Shown here: piece after piece, positions 8,788-17,880 of the stretch | How the letters are laid out: every line of letters starts with the position of its first letter | How positions within the stretch are numbered: position 1 is the stretch's first letter | IMG/VR virus record: IMGVR_UViG_3300015245_000041 | Location: 1-59,035 of that record | Source of the DNA: a virus | Lineage: Duplodnaviria > Caudoviricetes | DNA length: 59,035 nucleotides | Direction: 5' to 3' (one strand) | The notes under the pieces: generated by a model | What the model saw: the letters and a program-made list of their open reading frames with translations, nothing else | Told to the model about the DNA's origin: nothing | The model's database searches: none | Program-made: the position numbers and the translations under genes

Positions 8788-9093
8788 TTAGAGATCGATG
8801 CGCGCCATCAAAGCCTGCATAGTGTGGATCAATCCCTGAGCTTGGTTCTTGAGCTCCTGAAGTCGACCTGCTAATGAAGACTCCATAGCTTCCTGAGGTT
8901 CTGTTGCTCTCTTGACCTCAGGCTGTACTCCTAGGATAGGAGCCAATCGACCCTCAAGCTCAAGGATAGTCTTATGTAGCCTCTCGTGGGTAAGGCCAAT
9001 CTCATCGAGACGACCATCGAGCTTGCGTGTGCCGGTACTAAGTCGGTCCGAGTCGTCATCATCGAAACGAACTGCTTGACCTTGAGCACTCAT
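8788..9093 (-). CDS. Hypothetical coiled-coil protein
   Basis: TAATG coupling to upstream gene. Confidence 0.75.
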   Translation of the reverse strand: MSAQGQAVRFDDDDSDRLSTGTRKLDGRLDEIGLTHERLHKTILELEGRLAPILGVQPEVKRATEPQEAMESSLAGRLQELKNQAQGLIHTMQALMARIDL

Positions 9094-9818
9094 TACAGAT
9101 CCTCTATGTCGAGTTCTTCGAGCTCTTCGTCGGTTACCTTGGCCTTGCGCTTCTTACGCTTCGGCGGAGCGGGCTCTTCGTCTTCTTCATCCTCATCTTC
9201 ATCAGGCTCGGGCTCAGGAGCCTTCTTCTTGCGTCGTTTCTTTGCTACCGGAGGCGGCTCCTCCTCGTCTTCGTCCTCATCATCTTCGTCTTCATCCTCC
9301 TCTGGCTCTGGGGCAGCTTTACGCTTTACTCGGCGAGCTGGTGGAGCCTCTTCTTCCTCGTCTTCATCCTCTTCGTCCTCATCGTCAGTTGACTCAGTAT
9401 CCTCCATATCGGAGGGGGGGAAGATGCTGGCGATGGTGGACTTCATCTTGCCTTCGTACTCATCATCTTGGAGACTGATGGCGACAAGCTTTCCTACTAC
9501 CTTCTCCGGGTCAAGCTTGATTCGTTTCTTCGGAACATTGATACCACAAGACTGAAGAAGGTTGCGGATCTTCCAGAGTTGATTGGCATCCAGCTTGCAG
9601 TAGTAAGGGTACTTGGCAAGAGGATGAAGTTCAGGAGAAAGAATGAAGAGCCATTGAAAATCGCCCTTATTATCTCCACCCTTAACTTCCGCATCCTGAA
9701 CCGAAACGATGCGGGCAAGGTAGTCACCCTCCGCAACTCGTTTGGGGTTGATGCCACTTCTGGTAGCATCTTTAACATTGGTCATGTCAAGAGTTTTGAC
9801 AGATGCCTTTGTTGCCAT
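9093..9818 (-). CDS. ssDNA-binding protein (DUF669-like) with charged tail
   Basis: EGDYLARIVSV...LWK...VGK.V...DEYEG; follows Sak4-like ATPase. Confidence 0.7.
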   Translation of the reverse strand: MATKASVKTLDMTNVKDATRSGINPKRVAEGDYLARIVSVQDAEVKGGDNKGDFQWLFILSPELHPLAKYPYYCKLDANQLWKIRNLLQSCGINVPKKRIKLDPEKVVGKLVAISLQDDEYEGKMKSTIASIFPPSDMEDTESTDDEDEEDEDEEEEAPPARRVKRKAAPEPEEDEDEDDEDEDEEEPPPVAKKRRKKKAPEPEPDEDEDEEDEEPAPPKRKKRKAKVTDEELEELDIEDL

Positions 9819-9821
9819 GCG

Positions 9822-10637
9822 TTACTCCTTTGTTGATTTACCGGTTTCCATCAAACGAATCAATTTGGGAATAGTAGGATACTTCAGGAAATCTGGTAAT
9901 ACATACTCAGATCTATACCCAGTATCATACTTAATTGATTCTCCGAGCCATAGCCGTCGTTGGGGCTTCTCCTCCCCCCTTACCAGGGTTCTTACTACGT
10001 AGAGTCGACCAATAACATCGACTAGTGAGTTAGTCATTCCCCGAATGCCTTTAGGCAAATCGGGTACATACATCGACTCAGAATCTTCTGATTCGTCATC
10101 TTCTTCTGAATCAAGAGCAGCTACCTGTCGCTCCTGAGCAGTATAGATTACTCCCATGTTAAGGTTATGGAAGTTAGTAAGCATCTCCTTAACGAGTTCC
10201 CCGGCCTTACCATAATCTTTAAGTTGTACCATCCCGGGAATACGAGTAAGATCTCTCTCTTCCTGCTGTTTCATCACGTGGCGTAATGCCATGTGTGAAA
10301 TTCGACTCATACCATCAATACCTGCCCAGGTAAAGCCGTGTTCAGGCTTGCAACGGGGGCATGGCAATCCAGCTCGACAGAACTGATAATAATCCTCCAT
10401 GTCAACCCAGCGACTAATGGGCCACACATGCGGGTCTTTGGTCTTCATACGAGCTGTACCATGCTCAGGGTCAGCAATCAGGGTTGTCATTCGTCCAGCT
10501 GAGGTGCTGAATGTTGTCTTCCCTTGCTTATTACGAGCATAGACTAGAATCTTGGGTAACACTACTTTCTCCGAAGGGAAGAAGATCTTCCGACTGGCTA
10601 TGGCGGCATAATCCTTCTCCTTAGCTCGAACTGCCAT
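9822..10637 (-). CDS. AAA_24/Sak4-like ATPase recombinase
   Basis: YARNKQGKTT, D.E.G, IDG, DYG, TAQE, VDVIGRL. Confidence 0.85.
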   Translation of the reverse strand: MAVRAKEKDYAAIASRKIFFPSEKVVLPKILVYARNKQGKTTFSTSAGRMTTLIADPEHGTARMKTKDPHVWPISRWVDMEDYYQFCRAGLPCPRCKPEHGFTWAGIDGMSRISHMALRHVMKQQEERDLTRIPGMVQLKDYGKAGELVKEMLTNFHNLNMGVIYTAQERQVAALDSEEDDESEDSESMYVPDLPKGIRGMTNSLVDVIGRLYVVRTLVRGEEKPQRRLWLGESIKYDTGYRSEYVLPDFLKYPTIPKLIRLMETGKSTKE

Positions 10638-11692
10638 TACTCATCTCCCTTCTGAGGGAACTCGCCTGCACGGTCTTCGTAATAATCCATCGGATCTCCG
10701 ATAGTATAGTTGTTTTTGCGGATGTATCGAGGATTACCACCCATCAACTCAACTGTGCAGAGATCAGTATAAGAACATGAGAATCCGCAACTTGTCTCAA
10801 CTACTCGCTCAACAGCATCTACATTCCCAAAATTATAGGTATGCATGCGTTTACTGGTGTGGTGATTCTCTAAAGCCACTCGCCTAAGCATTTGCCCCGA
10901 CTTCTCGAGTACATCTCTTCGGAAGAAGAGTGAAGTTTGGGGTTGACCCGGCTTGTATTGTTGAGACCGGAGACTTTCTGCTTTGGCAAGATGCTCACTT
11001 GTGATCTTGAGTTCTCCAGCTTTCTTGAGTCGCTGAAGTTCTCCAACGTAAGTTGGATAATCAGTATCAATTTTTGCTCTACTCAGTCTGCCTTGTAGAG
11101 TCATCTTCGGTACGGTCGGAGCTTTGGTACGTAGATAATTCCAGATAAACCCCTGTACTGGGATTTTATTACGAAGAGCAGCCCATAGATACAAAGCAGA
11201 CTGACCATCTCTCAACCTGAAGCCGTGATCGGGGAGTCTTCGGTTGTTCTTGTGATCTACCAACCACAGACCGGATTGGTTCTCTATGAGAGCATCTATC
11301 TTTCCTCGGTAGAGAGTACCATCGGGAAATTCAGTCTCGATAGTAAACTCAGTCTCTAATACTTTCCAGGGATCATTCTGATATTGCCATTCATAGGAAA
11401 CCATGAGGCGATAACATTCATTGGGAAGATCTCCGTAGAAATCTCTTTCTTCATCTAAAAGATCAGCAAACTTGATGCATAGCTTCTTATGAAGCTTGCG
11501 CCAATCGCCGCCTTTCATTTTCTCTTCTAGAAGGAGATGCATCCAGGAACCACGTTTGAGAGGAGTACCGATAAGTCGAGGTTTGAGCCGCTCGATGTAT
11601 TTATACTGAGCCTGCTTAGGGCAACGACGAAAGGTCTTCAACATGCTGTGTGTAGATACTGCTTGACCCTCGTCTGTTACGTATAGCGGCAT
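10637..11692 (-). CDS. Cas4-like PD-(D/E)XK exonuclease
   Basis: S..TFRRCP, GKID, VDHK, Q..LY, three C-terminal Cys; ATG 11692 after GAGGAG. Confidence 0.85.
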   Translation of the reverse strand: MPLYVTDEGQAVSTHSMLKTFRRCPKQAQYKYIERLKPRLIGTPLKRGSWMHLLLEEKMKGGDWRKLHKKLCIKFADLLDEERDFYGDLPNECYRLMVSYEWQYQNDPWKVLETEFTIETEFPDGTLYRGKIDALIENQSGLWLVDHKNNRRLPDHGFRLRDGQSALYLWAALRNKIPVQGFIWNYLRTKAPTVPKMTLQGRLSRAKIDTDYPTYVGELQRLKKAGELKITSEHLAKAESLRSQQYKPGQPQTSLFFRRDVLEKSGQMLRRVALENHHTSKRMHTYNFGNVDAVERVVETSCGFSCSYTDLCTVELMGGNPRYIRKNNYTIGDPMDYYEDRAGEFPQKGDE

Positions 11693-11713
11693 CAATTCTC
11701 CTCGGTCAAGATC

Positions 11714-11743
11714 ATCTTATATGCTAGGAAACTTTCTTGTCAA
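11714..11743 (-). promoter_or_regulatory. Sigma70-type promoter followed by GACCGAGGAG RBS motif
   Basis: TTGACA-N18-TAAGAT. Confidence 0.75.
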
Positions 11744-11918
11744 TACCAAGTGGAGCATTGCGCTCAGTTTTTTGGTCCTGTGAAGTCATATGGAACCCAG
11801 AACAAAGAGTACAAGCATAGTATCGTTTCTCACCCCTGTCCTGATTGATCCTTCTGGCTAACGCGATCTTAGCTGATAACTCATCAGGAAATCTGCGTTT
11901 ACCTGTTCTACATTTCAT
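11724..11918 (-). CDS. Small Zn-finger protein
   Basis: C.TGK.RF...YAC..C.GFHMTS; AAGGAGG RBS. Confidence 0.75.
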   Translation of the reverse strand: MKCRTGKRRFPDELSAKIALARRINQDRGEKRYYACTLCSGFHMTSQDQKTERNAPLGIDKKVS

Positions 11919-11948
11919 GGCTTACCTCCTTTTATACTAAGCATTATA

Positions 11949-14450
11949 TCAGAACGGAGGTTCTGCTATGGCATCGAGTCCTTGCCAATCATAAACGAAG
12001 TTTGGGTGTAGCTCCTGAGCATCTCCCCAGTGATGACCCGCTTTAAGGTCAGCAATGATGGGTATAGTCAGGTTAACTCCGAACTTTTGCCTGAGGATAC
12101 TAACATCTTCCATAGTATCTTTGATTATGGGGAGGGCTGCTCGAACGTAATCTTTTCGGATTTCATAGTTGATTGCGTCATGCACGAGTCCCAGACAATG
12201 ACCTCTGATCCCTTCTTCACGGAAACGCCTATTAATCTCAACCATAGAGATGACAGCCATATCGGAAGCAAAACCCTGAACTGGGCTATTGATTGCTTGC
12301 CGTTCTGCTTCAGCACGAACTCCGGGGTCAGGGGAATAGATATCCGGTAGGTGACGTACTCTACCGAGGGGTGACTGTACTCTACCGTGCTCTGTAACGA
12401 GACGTCGTTGTCGAGCGTGCCAAGTGAGTAACCCAGGGTAGAGGTCAAAGAATACCTTTCTAGCATTTCTAGCACCATCCTCATCGTAGATTACTCCATA
12501 CTTCACAAAGGCTGTGTGGATGAATTTTCTCCATCCCATGCCATAGACAAATCCAAAGTTAATTGCCTTGGCTTTCTTTCTCATATCTTTAGTTACTTTG
12601 GATATGGGGACTTGTGCGTCTCGAGCTGCGGTGGTTAAGTGGATATCTGCACCTTGTTGGTAAAGCGAGATCATATGTCTTTCTCTAGCAATGAAAGCTG
12701 CTATTCGGAGCTCGATCTGACTATAGTCAGCTTCAATGAACACCCATCCGGGTGGCGCTCCAAATAAGCCTCTAATAAAGGGATCTCTAGGTACCTGTTG
12801 GAGGTTGACCCCTCTAGCTCGCCCTCTAGTCCCAGAAATTTTATCTTCATCTGCTTTCCCGGAGGAAAGTCGTCCAGTAACTGTTCCTGCGAGCTTGAAG
12901 TTAGTGTGAATACGATGATTCTCGTCGTAGAGTTCTTCGTAGGCATTGAAAAAACTCGAGATAGCTTTCTGCCACTCAACTCGGTCGAGCATGAATTGGA
13001 CTGCTGGGTGGATTTCCTTGAGTTCAAGGAGAATATCTTCTGCCATAGAAGGTGCTCCAGGCGACCCATCTGCTTTCTCCTTACCTCTCGCGAGAATAGG
13101 TAATTTTAAGTGTTCGAAGAGGAACCATCGCGCGAAGTTGCTTGCGTTGAAATTGATTGTCGAGATTCGGTTCTTAGCATCAGTCGGCCAACTAGGGTCA
13201 TCTTCTGCTGGAAGGAATTGTTTAATCTTGGCTTCAATTTCTTCAAGCTTACTGATAGCTTTTGGTTTCCTGTCTTTAAGTCTTTTAACATCTAACCAAA
13301 TCCCTCGAAGTTCAGAATGTACGAGCTCAGCATTAGCTGGCATAATTTCCAGCATAAAGAGTCTAAGGAGTCTAGGTTGTTTAGTTAGTTCTTCCTTAAG
13401 CTGTTGCTTGATCAAGTACATATACCAGGTATCAAGTACATTGTAATCTAAGACCTCTTTGATGGGCATGTTGAGAAGATCTTTGGTATCTACTCCCCAG
13501 GGTTCCACACCAAGCCTAGCTTGACCTTGAGGTTTCAGACCCTTCTGGATATTCTCGTTGAGCAAGTGAATTGCTAGCAAAGTATCGAACGTGACGGTGG
13601 TTGGGCAGTCGAAAGTTCTCATCCATTTTTCGTCGTACTTGCCGTTATGTGCAACAACTTTCTTGATTTTGCCGATGACCGGCGCCAAGAATTTAAGTAC
13701 AGACCGCCAAGTCTTTCTGAAGGGTGACTCCGGATGATATAGCGGGAGCGCGAACACGAATAGCTTAATTCCACCTGTTGTTCGAATTTCGCAAGTAGCA
13801 CTAAGAGAGATGATTCGTCCATCCGGTTTCCATTCCTCACTATGCGTTTCCACATCGAAGTCAAACTCAACACAATCTTTGAGAATGGTTCTTAGTTTTT
13901 TGAGCTTGTCCGGGGTATCTATGGTATGATACTTAGGCTTTCTAATCTTAGCTTCCCTACCCTGTACCTTATTTGAGAAGAGTAGCAGTTCGGCCATATA
14001 GCCGGGGCGTTGCCCGGGATTGCGATTCACGGCGCTTGGGGATATCGTAGGGATTACGGAAATGCCCGATCGATCAATTACCCGCCCTCGATATTTAGTA
14101 ATCCCAGAATGTCCGGTGGTTGCAAGCAATGCCTCATTACCAAAGGCGAGAATGTAGTCAGGTTCCACCTCCTCGATCTCTTGCTCCAGATAGGGACGAC
14201 AGGCTTTAACGTCAATGGGACTTGAGCTCTGATCGAAGTTTCGGCATTTTAATGCTTGCGTGTAATATACACTATCAAGAGGAAGACCAGCGTCAAGAAG
14301 ATCAGCTTCAAGATTAGCCTGGAACTTATCGCTATTAGGCATACGGCCCACAACCATAACTTTAGCTTTCTTAGGCCCAAAGCCAGGGACACATACATCG
14401 ACTGCCTCTCTGTGAAGCTTGCAATTGGTACAGTTAGGATTTGAGATCAT
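11949..14450 (-). CDS. polA: Family A DNA polymerase with N-terminal degenerate family-4 UDG domain and 3'-5' exonuclease
   Basis: TVTGRLSS, NLQQVPR, ADYSQIELR, KAINFGFVYG, VHDA; Exo DVET, HNGKYD, YNVLD; N-terminal C..C.L, KCR, AC..YL. Confidence 0.95.
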   Translation of the reverse strand: MISNPNCTNCKLHREAVDVCVPGFGPKKAKVMVVGRMPNSDKFQANLEADLLDAGLPLDSVYYTQALKCRNFDQSSSPIDVKACRPYLEQEIEEVEPDYILAFGNEALLATTGHSGITKYRGRVIDRSGISVIPTISPSAVNRNPGQRPGYMAELLLFSNKVQGREAKIRKPKYHTIDTPDKLKKLRTILKDCVEFDFDVETHSEEWKPDGRIISLSATCEIRTTGGIKLFVFALPLYHPESPFRKTWRSVLKFLAPVIGKIKKVVAHNGKYDEKWMRTFDCPTTVTFDTLLAIHLLNENIQKGLKPQGQARLGVEPWGVDTKDLLNMPIKEVLDYNVLDTWYMYLIKQQLKEELTKQPRLLRLFMLEIMPANAELVHSELRGIWLDVKRLKDRKPKAISKLEEIEAKIKQFLPAEDDPSWPTDAKNRISTINFNASNFARWFLFEHLKLPILARGKEKADGSPGAPSMAEDILLELKEIHPAVQFMLDRVEWQKAISSFFNAYEELYDENHRIHTNFKLAGTVTGRLSSGKADEDKISGTRGRARGVNLQQVPRDPFIRGLFGAPPGWVFIEADYSQIELRIAAFIARERHMISLYQQGADIHLTTAARDAQVPISKVTKDMRKKAKAINFGFVYGMGWRKFIHTAFVKYGVIYDEDGARNARKVFFDLYPGLLTWHARQRRLVTEHGRVQSPLGRVRHLPDIYSPDPGVRAEAERQAINSPVQGFASDMAVISMVEINRRFREEGIRGHCLGLVHDAINYEIRKDYVRAALPIIKDTMEDVSILRQKFGVNLTIPIIADLKAGHHWGDAQELHPNFVYDWQGLDAIAEPPF

Positions 14451-14745
14451 CGTAGTCCTTGAAGGTCAAATTGATGAAATGCGGAAGTCGTTCGTCAAAA
14501 GAAGCTACTACGCAACCTTCACCCCCAATGAAGTTGGTGTGTAACATGTTAGCTAGTCGTCGCCATGTCATCATTTTGTCTTTGAGCTGTGAGCATTCAG
14601 GTCCAGGTGCTCCATGCTTAACTGCATCCTCCCATTGTACATGAGCATTGTTTTCCCAAGCACGGTATTGTTTAATATACTTTTCAATCTTAGCTCGAGC
14701 CCAAGCTAGAGCTTCGGGATCACTGTCGAACTTGGAATCAGTCAT
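14434..14745 (-). CDS. Hypothetical protein
   Basis: Overlap-coupled in operon. Confidence 0.7.
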   Translation of the reverse strand: MTDSKFDSDPEALAWARAKIEKYIKQYRAWENNAHVQWEDAVKHGAPGPECSQLKDKMMTWRRLANMLHTNFIGGEGCVVASFDERLPHFINLTFKDYDDLKS

Positions 14746-15212
14746 GGTGATACCTTATCATCCTTTGCTACTCTCATCAATACCTGTCGGAATAGGGTCA
14801 GACCACCCATGTCTCGATGATTCTCTCGATAGATTACCCGTCCAATACCCGCATTGATAATAAGCATGGCACAAGTTGTGCACGGTATGCGTGTTGTGTG
14901 GAGTTCAGTATCCTGGAGAGCTACACCATGTCGAGCGGCGAAAGCTATGGCGTTTGCTTCAGCATGTACTGATATGGTACAATACTGACCTGCTGGACAA
15001 TTAGTATCATGTTTAGGAGAACTTTGACCTATAGAACAATTGCAAGTATGGTCACAGTGATCAATGCCAGCAGGAGCTCCATTATAACCTTGTACCAGGA
15101 TTCTGCCGTCTCGGGATATGACACAACCTACATGAGCTCGTGAGCAGGTAGATCGTTCGGACCATATTCGAGCAGTCCTCATGAGAAGATCATCTCGTTG
15201 GGGTCTATCCAT
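14742..15212 (-). CDS. dCMP deaminase
   Basis: RSTC.R..VGC, GYNG, HAEANA, PC..C. Confidence 0.92.
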   Translation of the reverse strand: MDRPQRDDLLMRTARIWSERSTCSRAHVGCVISRDGRILVQGYNGAPAGIDHCDHTCNCSIGQSSPKHDTNCPAGQYCTISVHAEANAIAFAARHGVALQDTELHTTRIPCTTCAMLIINAGIGRVIYRENHRDMGGLTLFRQVLMRVAKDDKVSP

Positions 15213-16075
15213 TAGTACCACGAATCCTTATAGAGATTAGGATGAGTTGCTCCAATAGCATCTTCTGCTGAATGCCTAGCTTCAATAAGAGGTACATCCC
15301 CAACAAAGAGGTGAAGAGATGAGATATGCATGAGTAAAGTACCGGGTTCAGCTCCAATCTTGCCAGCGACCCATTGCCCCAATCTCATGGTCATATAGAT
15401 ATCATCTGAGAAATGGCGAACGAAGTCACAACTACGAATGAAATATGTAACATCAAGTATTCCATCTCGTTGTAAGAAATGATATCCTAGACTACAGGGA
15501 ATTCGTTGTCCGTCTCTAGCACCCGTGTCTTCTGGGAAGAAGACTGGTAAGTAAGCTTGACGAGTAAGAGGATGTTGTTGGAGTTGAACCACAACATCGT
15601 TAAGATCACCATATTCATAACGAATTCCCATGTGTGGTACCCAGATTTGTCGTCCATTTGGGGCTTTGTTTCCTACATTGGCGTATCGTGGCCAGTATCG
15701 TTCGGGGTACGTGTGAGAAAACTTCTCACCTTCTTTATGACGGGCATTGCTTTTGACTGCGTAAGGCCACCATGCCTCACTGGGGGGAGGATTCATAGGT
15801 TCCCCCACAACCCGCTCTTGGAATTGATCTTCCGCCCAAGGTAAATTAGCACCAAGAGGACCAGCTAAGTCCTCTTCAAGTTGGTGGTCTGGGGGAATAG
15901 GAATCTCCAGAATTACATGTGCGAGTTCTTTAGAAACTAAAGTGGGATTATCCGAAACATCCTGAGCATGCCATTGATCTACTGGAACAGGCGGGGCTTT
16001 GAGTAAACTTAGCTCTAGCTTATGCTTTATGGCATCGAATTGATGAATAGTAGCAGCCTCGTAGTGAGTTATCAT
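15212..16075 (-). CDS. Thymidylate-synthase-fold enzyme (dCMP-type Asp)
   Basis: TY.ER, TRQA, PC, RSCDFVRHFSDD, SLHLF. Confidence 0.85.
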   Translation of the reverse strand: MITHYEAATIHQFDAIKHKLELSLLKAPPVPVDQWHAQDVSDNPTLVSKELAHVILEIPIPPDHQLEEDLAGPLGANLPWAEDQFQERVVGEPMNPPPSEAWWPYAVKSNARHKEGEKFSHTYPERYWPRYANVGNKAPNGRQIWVPHMGIRYEYGDLNDVVVQLQQHPLTRQAYLPVFFPEDTGARDGQRIPCSLGYHFLQRDGILDVTYFIRSCDFVRHFSDDIYMTMRLGQWVAGKIGAEPGTLLMHISSLHLFVGDVPLIEARHSAEDAIGATHPNLYKDSWY

Positions 16076-17043
16076 TCAGTAATCTCCAAAGGGAGCCCAA
16101 GGCATCGGAAGTCTAGGGTATTGATCGGTATTGAAGGTAAAGGGTCATAGTGTTTGAAGAACTCCTTAGGTTCCCCCTCATTGTCATAACTCCAGCCAGC
16201 AAAACTTTTAGCTTTCTCCACACCAAGAACTTCAGCATGCCACCGTCGACGAATGCGGCGATAGGTGTTATAGGTCATGTCACCATAGGTGAGACCGTCT
16301 GCATCCTCCTGCATAACTTTGCGAAGCCATTTACGACTAAGTCTAAGTGCAGGAGAGTTACGGATGTGATCTTGCTCTGTATCACCAAGCTTGGACAAGG
16401 GCTTGATCAAAAGTCGTCGGTAGAAGGTACGCATTTCGACATTGGGATTACTGAGCAAGAATGCCAGTGATTTGAAGTTGTGCCACTGAATCGACTCGTT
16501 GTACCAGACAAACTTGAAAGTAGATACATCCACATCCATCTCGTTGGCAAGGTAACGAGCTACCATCCAGGCGACTGATAAATCCAGTGCACCGATGTAC
16601 CCTAAGTAAGAAGTGCGACTGTGCAAACTGATTGTCGGTGTGGGAAGTGCTTTGTAGCTGATCGTCAGCATGCACGAACCCCAGCGGCGCGATTCCCGAT
16701 TCGTATGGCCTGTAGCTGCACCACCACGGGGCTTCACTATCTTGGTTCTTATGACGGCTGTACCCCGGCCATCTAATCCAATCTTCGATGGTACTGCTTC
16801 GATCCATGCCTCCAACTCTCCTGGGTCCAGATACTGACGGCACATCATTGTCCATCGAGACTTAGTCAACCACATAGACTTTAAATCAAAATCCCAATCC
16901 ATGCTATTAGTTGAGGCTATGATGCCATGTCTCTGAACATCAACAGTAGTTACCATATCTACTTGATCTAGACTAGCAGTAACTAAAGACTCGCACATCT
17001 CTTCATGTAGTTTGGTTAGCGTAGGTGCTTGATAAGTATACAT
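16072..17043 (-). CDS. Second, highly divergent thymidylate-synthase-fold protein
   Basis: GSCMLTISY...HSRTSYLGYIGALD mirrors the TS PC...RSxD...N/D core; adjacent to the first. Confidence 0.6.
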   Translation of the reverse strand: MYTYQAPTLTKLHEEMCESLVTASLDQVDMVTTVDVQRHGIIASTNSMDWDFDLKSMWLTKSRWTMMCRQYLDPGELEAWIEAVPSKIGLDGRGTAVIRTKIVKPRGGAATGHTNRESRRWGSCMLTISYKALPTPTISLHSRTSYLGYIGALDLSVAWMVARYLANEMDVDVSTFKFVWYNESIQWHNFKSLAFLLSNPNVEMRTFYRRLLIKPLSKLGDTEQDHIRNSPALRLSRKWLRKVMQEDADGLTYGDMTYNTYRRIRRRWHAEVLGVEKAKSFAGWSYDNEGEPKEFFKHYDPLPSIPINTLDFRCLGLPLEITE

Positions 17044-17315
17044 TAGTCTGGGTAGTGTACCCTTTCTATGTTATCATCTCTCCAAGACTTCATAGCCTCA
17101 CGGATACTATGCAGTTCTTGAAGGAAGTCAGGACTACTAGGTCCATAGTTTTTAACTTGAGCAATGTAGTAATTCAGAGTCGGAAGGGCGAAGATATCTT
17201 TAGCTCGAATAACGAAGACGGGCTCATCCCGTTCATCAGCTTTGTTAAGGATATCTTGAGCAGACTTAGAAGTCTTGGCCTTACTATACGGAATTCTATA
17301 CGGTCGATTTGTCAT
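17043..17315 (-). CDS. Hypothetical protein
   Basis: GAGGAG RBS; DEPVFVIRAKD..A..L..Y...PD motif. Confidence 0.75.
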   Translation of the reverse strand: MTNRPYRIPYSKAKTSKSAQDILNKADERDEPVFVIRAKDIFALPTLNYYIAQVKNYGPSSPDFLQELHSIREAMKSWRDDNIERVHYPD

Positions 17316-17880
17316 CTCGCTCCTCATCTACCTCATCCATAATATAGTCTTCCAAACAATCCATAGTACAGAAAGTTTTGTCAGGGTAATTAGTGTTCTT
17401 GCACCATCGCCACATGTCTGTCTGCTTTAGTTCCTTATGACATTGAGGACATTGTCTAACAATTTCCTCTTGGAACCATCCATAGATTCTAAGTAATCCC
17501 TCAATGTTAGGAGCTACCCAATCTGGGGGTTTAATAACATCATAGCTTGATCCTCGCTTAGAATTCCCGCCATTAGCGTTAGCTCTCTTTTTCTCCATGT
17601 TAGCTGTTTGTACAAGATTCCATCCCTGGACCCAAGGGTAACCCTTTAGGTGGGCAGTTCCATAAGCGACATAAGATAAATCTAGCAGTGCATCAAACAT
17701 ACCTGCTTCATCACCGATGGCGTAAGCATCTTCAAACTCTTGTATCTCTTCCTTAAGAAATTTGATTCTAAACGCCATTAGTGCTGGATCAACATCTCGA
17801 GGTCCAGGAGCAGAGTCTATGGTAGTATTATCTAAACCAAACTTATGGTGAAATAAACCCACATCGTGAAAGTCAGACAT
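17296..17880 (-). CDS. MazG/PRA-PH-like dNTP pyrophosphohydrolase with C-terminal Zn finger
   Basis: EEIQE, DALLDL.YV..G, ANMEK, KPPDW..P; CPQC...C...C tail. Confidence 0.85.
   Translation of the reverse strand: MSDFHDVGLFHHKFGLDNTTIDSAPGPRDVDPALMAFRIKFLKEEIQEFEDAYAIGDEAGMFDALLDLSYVAYGTAHLKGYPWVQGWNLVQTANMEKKRANANGGNSKRGSSYDVIKPPDWVAPNIEGLLRIYGWFQEEIVRQCPQCHKELKQTDMWRWCKNTNYPDKTFCTMDCLEDYIMDEVDEERDDKSTV

Noticed and set aside
8986-9555. Poly-Ser ORF on the plus strand (also 21924..22719)
   Set aside because: Antisense shadows of D/E-rich genes
10637-11692. CRISPR-Cas system suggested by the Cas4-like gene
   Set aside because: No repeat-spacer array or other cas genes; it sits in a Sak4/SSB recombination module
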